The notes under the pieces are model-generated. The model made no database searches. It had not been told where the DNA came from and worked only from the letters and a program-made list of their open reading frames with translations. Below, piece by piece: positions 1 through 7,628 of a stretch of DNA of 17,425 nucleotides. The stretch is from contig JBNKNM010000109.1 of the NCBI GenBank assembly GCA_050293845.1, positions 1 to 17,425 of the forward strand, written 5' to 3'. This stretch comes from Pseudobacteriovorax sp. (GTDB lineage Bacteria > Bdellovibrionota_B > Oligoflexia > Oligoflexales > Oligoflexaceae). The first letter of the stretch is position 1. Every line of letters begins with the position of its first letter. A program made the translations under genes and the position numbers.

Positions 1-1572
1 AAAAAGATGAGCACAAAACAATTCTATGATCCTGATGCGAATATTTTCCTGAACGGTCGTCAGGTTCAAGGAAGATGCCCTATTTTGAATTGTCCTTCAG
101 AAAAAGCATATGCAGATGAATGCTCCCTAGGTCATCAGTATATGCCAAATGAACTGCTGAACCCCCGCAGTACTTTAACGGGAAAAACCCCTGAGATGCG
201 TGATGTTACAAATTGGTTTGTCGACATGCCACGTTTCCGTCCCCTGATTAAAAAATGGACGGAACTCATCGAAAATGGAACTAAGAGTCGCAAGTTATAC
301 ATAAAGAATATCGATGAATTCTTAGAACCACCGATCATTCATGTAAAGCGTGATCAATTAGACGAGTTAAATACAATTACTTTACCTCCCCACCAAATTC
401 AGGAAGGTAAAACTAAGGCCCTGCGCATGGTGTTTGAAGACCTGGAAGAGAGAGAGCGCGCAGTTACTATTATGGCTGATAATGGCATCCGCTTTCGTAC
501 CGGCAAGACGTTGGTGCCGTTTCGATTAACAGGAAATATTGATTGGGGGCTCCCCGTTCCAACAATCGAAGATCTTTCAGACTTGACTTGGTGGGTATGG
601 CCTGAATCTTTGATTGCGCCGATATCCTTTACAGCAGCTCACTTGGAAGCAGTTGAGAGCCAAGAGACTTGGCAGGATTGGTGGTGCTCACCAGATTGTG
701 AAATTTTCCAGTTTATTGGTGAGGATAATGTATACTTCTATGGTGTTGCTGAAATCGCTATGTTTCTAGGGATGCAGGATCGAGATATAGCGAAGGTCAC
801 TGCAATTCCAGCTAAAGATCAGCTGCAACTACCGCAGCTTATTGTCAATAATCATCTACTTTTCTTAGATAAAAAGGCCAGCTCCAGCAGTGAGGTTAAA
901 CCTCCTTTAGCAAAAGAGTTACTCGAATATTACACCAGTGATCAACTTCGCGCACACTTTTTTGCCTTAGGCCTTGGGATCAAGAGCGTTAGTTTTAAAC
1001 CGAAACCGTTGAATCCACAATCCCCTGAAAAAGAAGGTGACCCCGTTTTAAAAGAAGGGAATCTATTAACTAACGTTTTCAATCGGGTCCTGCGCTCCTG
1101 TTTTTACACGGCGCAAAAATATACAGATGGTACGATTCCTTTAGGTGAAGTTTCTGAAGATGCTTTGCAACTAGCTACTTCAGCGGTTTTAAAATTTGAA
1201 CGCAGCATGTATCGCCAAGAATCTCATTTGGCAATGGCCTGCCTTGATAAGTATATTAGGGAAATCAGCAAGTTTTGGACCCATAAAAGTAAAGATGCTG
1301 ACCTGCAAAATCAAGGAACGCTTTGGGACCAGCTATTGCGCGATAGCTTCCACATGGTTCGTGTGGCAACCGTTCTTATGCATCCTATTGCACCTAATGG
1401 ATGCGAGATAGTTCGTCAGTACTTCAGGATGGACGAGAAAAATTTTTGGCGCTGGGAGCATATTCTAAAGCCTATAACAGAATTGATAACACCCCATCAT
1501 AAACTGCAACACCTGGAACCACGTACAGACTTTTTTAATAAGCACAAAAGTCAGCTAAACTTTTCGAAATAG
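1..1572 (+). CDS. metG: Methionyl-tRNA synthetase (class I), divergent type; 5' end lies outside the window
   Basis: Frame is open from base 1 (aaa aag atg) and the HIGH motif is absent, so the gene starts upstream. Recognisable MetRS segments: QFYDP..FL..R.V.G.CP..C....DEC (Zn knuckle), DWGLPVP, WVWPE (cf. YVWFD), FIGEDN (cf. FIGKDN), KASSS at the KMSKS position, and an anticodon-binding helical domain (GNLLTNVFNR...LMHPIAP). Confidence 0.85.
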   Translation, partial: KKMSTKQFYDPDANIFLNGRQVQGRCPILNCPSEKAYADECSLGHQYMPNELLNPRSTLTGKTPEMRDVTNWFVDMPRFRPLIKKWTELIENGTKSRKLYIKNIDEFLEPPIIHVKRDQLDELNTITLPPHQIQEGKTKALRMVFEDLEERERAVTIMADNGIRFRTGKTLVPFRLTGNIDWGLPVPTIEDLSDLTWWVWPESLIAPISFTAAHLEAVESQETWQDWWCSPDCEIFQFIGEDNVYFYGVAEIAMFLGMQDRDIAKVTAIPAKDQLQLPQLIVNNHLLFLDKKASSSSEVKPPLAKELLEYYTSDQLRAHFFALGLGIKSVSFKPKPLNPQSPEKEGDPVLKEGNLLTNVFNRVLRSCFYTAQKYTDGTIPLGEVSEDALQLATSAVLKFERSMYRQESHLAMACLDKYIREISKFWTHKSKDADLQNQGTLWDQLLRDSFHMVRVATVLMHPIAPNGCEIVRQYFRMDEKNFWRWEHILKPITELITPHHKLQHLEPRTDFFNKHKSQLNFSK

Positions 1573-1581
1573 ATGGGTAGC

Positions 1582-1612
1582 AGTTGGTGGGGAAACCTCC
1601 CTACCAACTTTT
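1582..1612. terminator. Intrinsic terminator hairpin between convergent genes
   Basis: AGTTGGTGGGGA-AACC-TCCCTACCAACT (12-bp stem with one G-U pair) followed by a T run, 9 nt after the metG stop and abutting the stop of the convergent minus-strand ORF. Confidence 0.75.
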
Positions 1613-2107
1613 CTATACGGTTTCACTAGCTTGACTTAATACAGAACGAAAAATGACGCGGCTCAACTCTTCAGCATCTTTTTGACTAAACCCGTTATCA
1701 TGCATCAGACGCTGTACACAGATATCAAAGTATGCCCGGCACTCGATCCCAAAATTACTAGTATCACGCCTGCATTCACCAACTAGAATTAAAGTATTTC
1801 CGCATAAACAGTCACGATGTTCAATAGCGTTACGATTGTGGTTCCTAACGGAGCTTTCTGCCGTTGAGCGTGTTTTGGTGGTTAATGCAATATACTGCTC
1901 ACGATTTTTATATTCCGTTCCACAAGCACGACATACTTTAGGAAAATGATTTTGAAAAGTAGCATCGTCTGTATACATTTGATTGAGGTCAGACTTTGGT
2001 ATAGCTTGACGCTTCACAGCAAGATTGATTTGATTTTCTAAATTCGCAATGAGGCTTTCCATACAACATATTTTAGCCTCAACTTTCTGCTCACACATTG
2101 TGTTCAT
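1613..2107 (-). CDS. Uncharacterised protein with CxxC / CxC motifs (probable Zn-binding domain) and an N-terminal coiled-coil-like segment
   Basis: ORF track 1613..2113. The likelier start is ATG at 2107, 8 nt after AAGGA. Contains FPKVCRACG...RDCLCGNTL...RRDTS..G...R..F. Confidence 0.75.
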   Translation of the reverse strand: MNTMCEQKVEAKICCMESLIANLENQINLAVKRQAIPKSDLNQMYTDDATFQNHFPKVCRACGTEYKNREQYIALTTKTRSTAESSVRNHNRNAIEHRDCLCGNTLILVGECRRDTSNFGIECRAYFDICVQRLMHDNGFSQKDAEELSRVIFRSVLSQASETV

Positions 2108-2396
2108 AATCACAGTCCTTCAGAAAGGATCGATAAGTAACATCTCGTAGTTTGCTTGGAATGACTTAAAGAAAATTTTCTGCACCTGATTTTTTATATA
2201 ATTTCAAAAAGTTAAGCCTACATTTGCACAAGGATTATTCCAAATATAGTATAAATAATTACAACAATAGGGATTCGACGAAAATTCCTAAAAATCTATG
2301 TAACTTAAAGGTATCTCATCTTTTTGGGATTATGCTACCTCCCTTAAATGGCATGTAAGATACTGAATTTACCCCTATAACCTGAGGACTTTTAAT

Positions 2397-3752
2397 GTGA
2401 AATGCTTAAATGTTATTTTTGGTGTCCTAATTGCCATTTATCCAGGTCAAATACTTGCCCAGATCAGAGTTTTAAATTTTGAAACCTTTTTAAGAGCGTA
2501 TCAAGCAAACTCATCAGAATTTATGACACAAAAACACAAGGTTTCGCAAAGTAAGATTAATAAGACAATTTCTGACACCAACTATACAAGTTCATTAAGC
2601 AGCAACTACTTTAGAAATCAGGCAAAAGACGAGCTACAGTACTATAGTTCTGATTCCTATAACATCGTCTTTGAGCAAAAGTTTGGAATGGGAACTTCCA
2701 TCTCTAATACAATTGAAAAACAAGGTTTTGGTGTGCTAACTCAATCGTCACAGTCACTGACCGTATCACAGTCGCTGTGGCGAAATGCATTCGGCCACGA
2801 GACAAAACTTAAGCAACAACTTAGTATGCAAGACCTTGCAGTCGCCCAAATTCAATACCAAAATGCTGCAATCGAAATTTGTGCAAAAGCCTCCGAAACT
2901 TATGTTTCTTTATTAATAAAGCAAGATCAGTTAGATAGAGGTACTACCAGACTTGCAGATTCCTCAAGAATTTTCGATAGGTATAAAAAATTGTACAGTA
3001 GAAATTTGGTTAGGAAAATGGACTTTCTTAATGCGAAAGATAACTATCTGAAGAGTAAGGAGGAGCAGGTAAAATTGGCCTCGGCATTTTACAACGAACT
3101 ATCTTCAATATCAGTTTTAATAAATCAGCCTGTAGATCGACTGGATAATTTTTCCTTAGAACCTCAGCATTACCCTCAATCCCAATCCTCCCTATTAAAA
3201 AGCCCTACCTTAATTGAAACCCAGAAACAAGTGTCAGCCGCAGAAACTTCCTTAGAACTCAGTAGTAATAGTGAACGTTCCGAACTGCAACTCTTTGTGA
3301 GAGGAGAGCGCATTACCAGTGAGTTAAAAAACAACCAAGAGGCAACCGCTTTTGGATTATCGATTGACATACCGATCGCCAATCCCCAGCTAAAAGCTAA
3401 AAGACTTTTAGCTTTAGAGAAACTAAAATTTGCTAAAATTAGCCAAGAAATAGCAAAGCGGCAAACGTTGCAAAATTTTTCTAAATTAGATTCCGAAATA
3501 AAAAATCTAAAGAAAGTACAACAAGAACGATCTCTTCAATTAGAAAATGCGCAAGTAAGACTTCAAGAGGCCAACAGATTACTCAATAACATTCAAATTG
3601 AAATAACTGACTATTTGAGATACAAGCAGGAGCTCAGAACCATCCAAGATACGATCTTTTCTGATAACGCTCGTATCTACCTAAAAAGCGTCCAAGCTCA
3701 AATATTGCACGGTATCTTCCCCCAACATTGCCAAGGTATTTTAGATGAATAA
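2397..3752 (+). CDS. TolC-family outer membrane efflux protein
   Basis: GTG start with GAGGA 8 nt upstream, signal peptide (MKCLNVIFGVLIAIYPGQILA), ~450 aa, duplicated helix/strand architecture (LTVSQSLWRN, FGLSIDIPI), and overlap with the start of an RND gene. Confidence 0.8.
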   Translation: MKCLNVIFGVLIAIYPGQILAQIRVLNFETFLRAYQANSSEFMTQKHKVSQSKINKTISDTNYTSSLSSNYFRNQAKDELQYYSSDSYNIVFEQKFGMGTSISNTIEKQGFGVLTQSSQSLTVSQSLWRNAFGHETKLKQQLSMQDLAVAQIQYQNAAIEICAKASETYVSLLIKQDQLDRGTTRLADSSRIFDRYKKLYSRNLVRKMDFLNAKDNYLKSKEEQVKLASAFYNELSSISVLINQPVDRLDNFSLEPQHYPQSQSSLLKSPTLIETQKQVSAAETSLELSSNSERSELQLFVRGERITSELKNNQEATAFGLSIDIPIANPQLKAKRLLALEKLKFAKISQEIAKRQTLQNFSKLDSEIKNLKKVQQERSLQLENAQVRLQEANRLLNNIQIEITDYLRYKQELRTIQDTIFSDNARIYLKSVQAQILHGIFPQHCQGILDE

Positions 3753-6700
3753 AATTATAGATTTTTTTATTAGGGAAACGTTCATCGTCAACCTGGTCTC
3801 AGGCTTCATTATTATAGTGGGTGGATTCGTATTCTGGCAAATGCACCGTGATATCCAACCTCCTATAGATGTACCCATAGTTTTTATTAACGCCACACTC
3901 CCAGGAGCTAGCCCCGAACAAGTAGAAAAGCAAGTAACTTTTCCGATTGAGGAAGCTCTTCTGGGCCTTCCTGAAATTAAGAAAATAAGTTCCAATTCAG
4001 GTACCAACCAAGCACACCTCAATGTCAGATTAAACACTTCCCCCGATAAATATCAAGACGTTGTAGAAAGTATTCGCGCTCGTCTCGACAGTATGCGATC
4101 CAGCCTCCCTCAAGAGCTAAAAACACTAGAAGTAAGCCCTTTTCTTGTAAATAAAGTCCCATTATTAGATCTCAATGTCATCAATGTTGATATCGAAAAT
4201 ACGGTACACCGTCAGTGGCTTCAAGCTATAAGTCAAAAAATACTATCAGCACCAGGAATTGTGGAAGCTAAGTTAATCATAAGCGATCGGCATATATTTA
4301 TTGATATTGATCGCGACAAGATTCAGGAATTTGAGATTTCTTTAGCCACAGTTCAACAAAAAATTGTAAATTTTTTAGAATTCAGTCCTATTGGCTCCTT
4401 CTATAAAAACGATCATATGGTTGTTGTTGAAATTTCTAATTCCCTAAAATCTCTGGAACCATTGAATAAAATTCCCATACGCAAAGCACTCGACGGTCAT
4501 ACTATTAACCTTGCTGAGATAGCTCAGATCGGGTATAGGAGTATTCGTTCTGATACTATCCGTAGGCTTAATGGAAAAACCTTTGCAAATATTGAAGTCA
4601 AAAAAGATTTGGAATCTGATGCTATAGATCTGAGTGAGCAATTAAATGACATCATTGATGAACTTAACAAAAATGCTCCAGAAGACATATCTATCGAGAT
4701 TTCGTATGATACGTCCCAACTCATCCGTAATCAATTAAAGGTCTTAACTTCCAGTGGTTTTCTAGGCTTTTTTTTGGTTTTTTTGGTCTTGTATTTTTTT
4801 CTTGGTTTCGGTCCAGCTATGATGACTGCTTTAGGATTACCTATTGCCTATCTAGGAACAATTATTTTTTTGGACTGGTTCGGTATAGGTATAGACCTTA
4901 TTTCCATCATTGGTATGATTATAGTTGTCGGTATTCTTGTTGATGATGCTATTATAGTTACTGAACGCTTTACATACATCGTGAGTAAAGGAACACCCGC
5001 CCGACAAGCTGCCCGTGAAGCAGCAGGTTCTCTCATCATTCCCGTATCAGGAACTATACTCACAACCATTGTCGCTTTTAGTCCTATGTTGGTCTTGGAT
5101 ACCGCTATCAGTCGTGTTTTCAAGGCTATTCCCTTAGTCATCATCTTTGCTTTGATTGTCAGCTGGATCGAATGTTTTTTTATACTACCCAATCACTTGC
5201 GTCATATAGTACTAAAACCGCAAAAAGCAGGACACAAGTCCGGGCTAGGAAAAAGATTAATCCAAGTATATGGAAGGAGCTTAAAATGGATCATCAAGTT
5301 AAGATACTTGGTAGTTACTGCTATGCTCCTATTCGCCTTTAGTACTATTTATATCGCTAAAGAAAAAATAATTTTCAATATGGACCTTAACTTTGGTGAT
5401 GTTTCAAAAACTTTGCTAATTGCAGTTAAGCAAGCCAATCGTGCAGAAAGTACTTACAAGCAAATAGAAGCTATTGAAGCATCACTCATTAACAAGGCCA
5501 TAGACTCTGATTTTGAAATTCATACCACAGTCGGACATGCCTGGCTTAATGGTAAAGAGATAAGAGATCCTCGATACGCAACCTTTAGAGTTTCCGGACA
5601 GGTAGATGGAGCTAATATAAAATCCATGCAAGAGAAAATAACTACCTTTATTAAATCGGAAATAGAACAAATCGATAAAAATTCCTTTGATAGGATTGAA
5701 ATTATTGATTCCCAGGGTCAAGATGATATTAACAAAGAAAACTTAGTCTCCATTTCAATAGAAGGTCGTGATCGCGTCTCATTTGATAAAATAGCGGAAG
5801 ATATCGAAGCAGCTATTAAGGACATTGACGGGCTGGAAGCCACCTATCTCAAACTCAACGATGAAGGGGAAGTCTGGCGATTTGCCCCGAATCTTCAAGA
5901 TACCGCACTATATGGAGTGTCTCTCAGAGAGATAGCTCAGCAAATTTCAAGTTTGTTTTCACCAATTGAAATCTCCCAAGGGCGATTCCAAGGCACAAAT
6001 ACCAAAGTTTATACGGAAGTAGTCAAAGATGAACCATGGCGATTTTCTGAGTTAAACAATATTCCGTTATTAACAGGACGAAATACGCAAATTAAACTTG
6101 GACAGGTAGGAAACTGGACAAAGGGTAAAATCGACACCGCTATTTACCATGAGGATGGGCAACGACACTTTTCTTTTGATATTCGTTTTAACCCTAAAAA
6201 GACTGACATTGAGAAATTTACAAAATTGGTGGAAAAACAAATTACTTCTGTTAAATCATCAAATCCAGACTACAGAATACTGGTGGAAAATGCCAACGTC
6301 CAAGCAAGTGAAGCCAAAGAATGGGCAAAAAAAATACTTATAGTGTGTATTGCTTTGATCCTTTTGGTGATGGCTATCATTTTACGATCCCTCATTCAAC
6401 CTCTATTGATAGGACTCAGTATTCCCATTGGTATATTTGGTATAGTATGGGCATTATATTTTCATGGGTATGATCTGACTTTTCTGGGCATCATCGGAGT
6501 TATTGGAGTTGCAGGTGTTGCTGTCAATGACTCCCTGATCATGTTATATGCCATCAATTCTGCTATGAAAGCCAATCCCCTGACCCCCCAAGTTGCAGCT
6601 ATTGAGGCTGCTTGCTCACGATTTAGACCTATATGGCTAACGACTCTTACTACCATTTCAGGAGTTCTGCCTATGGCTTATGGCATCGGAGGCTCCATTG

Positions 6701-6873
6701 GTTATACAGAACCCATGGCATTTTCCATTGGCTGGGGAATTCTAAGTGCCACTTTTGCAGCTTTAGTGATCATTCCTGCCTGTAATTTTATTCTGATCGA
6801 TTTACATAGTATAATTCACTGTTTTCTAAGATGGCTTAAGCCAAAAGCCAAAAGCCAAAAGCCTAAAGCCTAA
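3745..6873 (+). CDS. RND-family efflux permease (AcrB/AcrD/AcrF superfamily)
   Basis: 1042 aa. Motifs LPGASPEQVEKQVTFPIEE, TM4 GILVDDAIIVTE, GTILTTIVAFSPM, GVAVNDSLIM and RFRPIWLTTLTT..G..PMA, with the 1+5 TM pattern duplicated. Confidence 0.95.
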   Translation: MNKIIDFFIRETFIVNLVSGFIIIVGGFVFWQMHRDIQPPIDVPIVFINATLPGASPEQVEKQVTFPIEEALLGLPEIKKISSNSGTNQAHLNVRLNTSPDKYQDVVESIRARLDSMRSSLPQELKTLEVSPFLVNKVPLLDLNVINVDIENTVHRQWLQAISQKILSAPGIVEAKLIISDRHIFIDIDRDKIQEFEISLATVQQKIVNFLEFSPIGSFYKNDHMVVVEISNSLKSLEPLNKIPIRKALDGHTINLAEIAQIGYRSIRSDTIRRLNGKTFANIEVKKDLESDAIDLSEQLNDIIDELNKNAPEDISIEISYDTSQLIRNQLKVLTSSGFLGFFLVFLVLYFFLGFGPAMMTALGLPIAYLGTIIFLDWFGIGIDLISIIGMIIVVGILVDDAIIVTERFTYIVSKGTPARQAAREAAGSLIIPVSGTILTTIVAFSPMLVLDTAISRVFKAIPLVIIFALIVSWIECFFILPNHLRHIVLKPQKAGHKSGLGKRLIQVYGRSLKWIIKLRYLVVTAMLLFAFSTIYIAKEKIIFNMDLNFGDVSKTLLIAVKQANRAESTYKQIEAIEASLINKAIDSDFEIHTTVGHAWLNGKEIRDPRYATFRVSGQVDGANIKSMQEKITTFIKSEIEQIDKNSFDRIEIIDSQGQDDINKENLVSISIEGRDRVSFDKIAEDIEAAIKDIDGLEATYLKLNDEGEVWRFAPNLQDTALYGVSLREIAQQISSLFSPIEISQGRFQGTNTKVYTEVVKDEPWRFSELNNIPLLTGRNTQIKLGQVGNWTKGKIDTAIYHEDGQRHFSFDIRFNPKKTDIEKFTKLVEKQITSVKSSNPDYRILVENANVQASEAKEWAKKILIVCIALILLVMAIILRSLIQPLLIGLSIPIGIFGIVWALYFHGYDLTFLGIIGVIGVAGVAVNDSLIMLYAINSAMKANPLTPQVAAIEAACSRFRPIWLTTLTTISGVLPMAYGIGGSIGYTEPMAFSIGWGILSATFAALVIIPACNFILIDLHSIIHCFLRWLKPKAKSQKPKA

Positions 6874-6879
6874 AGCCTA
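6838..6879 (+). repeat. 7-bp tandem repeat, 6 copies: (AAGCCAA)3(AAGCCTA)3, spanning the RND stop codon
   Basis: Read directly: aagccaa aagccaa aagccaa aagccta aagccta aagccta. The TAA stop at 6871-6873 is formed at a unit junction. Confidence 0.9.
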
Positions 6880-7102
6880 AAAAAACAATATGGGCATTAG
6901 GAGCAACAGAGTCTCAAGCAAACCTTCCGGGAAAACTCAAAATTAAGATTTTCAGATTCCCGTTCAAGATTATAGAAATCATTCTTTTAAATTTTTTCTT
7001 TATTTTAGATCATTTAGAAATTCTGAATTTCTAATTACAAAGGCTCTTTAGTAAGGTTCCTACAAAACAATTAACAGTTTGATATTTTAAAGGGATTTAA
7101 GT

Positions 7103-7603
7103 ATGAAGTTTTTTCTAAGTGTAATTGCTTTTTGCGGCTTATTTTCTAACACAGTCTTCGCAAACCAGGTCATGGTGAACACTGATTTAGTTGAGATTCT
7201 TAGTGAGCCACAGGATGACTTAATCCACACCGTTTCGCTAAATCTGGATGAGAATGGGGATATAGTGGAAGTCATTCGCACAAGCGAAGAAGATGAGCTG
7301 GTCATACCAAGTGAAGACCTTATTGAAGGGGAAGTCGTGCTTGCCAGATCCCAAGACAGAGATGCTGTATTTTTGAGCTGTCCGGGCTGTACTGCTGACT
7401 TAGGAGGTGAATTAGTCGTGCGTTATATTTCCAACGGTATTTTTAATACTTATGATGAATTACACATGAACCTTGTCCGCACAGGCAACGATTGGACACT
7501 ATTCTCTGTAGATGGAGAAGAAGTTATTAATCTGCGCTTGGTTTCACGAACCATCTTCGGCCAAGTCATAGGCATTCGAGAAATCCAAATCAATTCTTAT
7601 TAA
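7103..7603 (+). CDS. Secreted acidic hypothetical protein, probably beta-rich
   Basis: Signal peptide MKFFLSVIAFCGLFSNTVFA, AAGGGA upstream, D/E-rich composition, one CxxC (CPGC). No family recognised. Confidence 0.75.
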   Translation: MKFFLSVIAFCGLFSNTVFANQVMVNTDLVEILSEPQDDLIHTVSLNLDENGDIVEVIRTSEEDELVIPSEDLIEGEVVLARSQDRDAVFLSCPGCTADLGGELVVRYISNGIFNTYDELHMNLVRTGNDWTLFSVDGEEVINLRLVSRTIFGQVIGIREIQINSY

Positions 7604-7628
7604 TCTATTGTTAGACTGGTCCGTCTAT

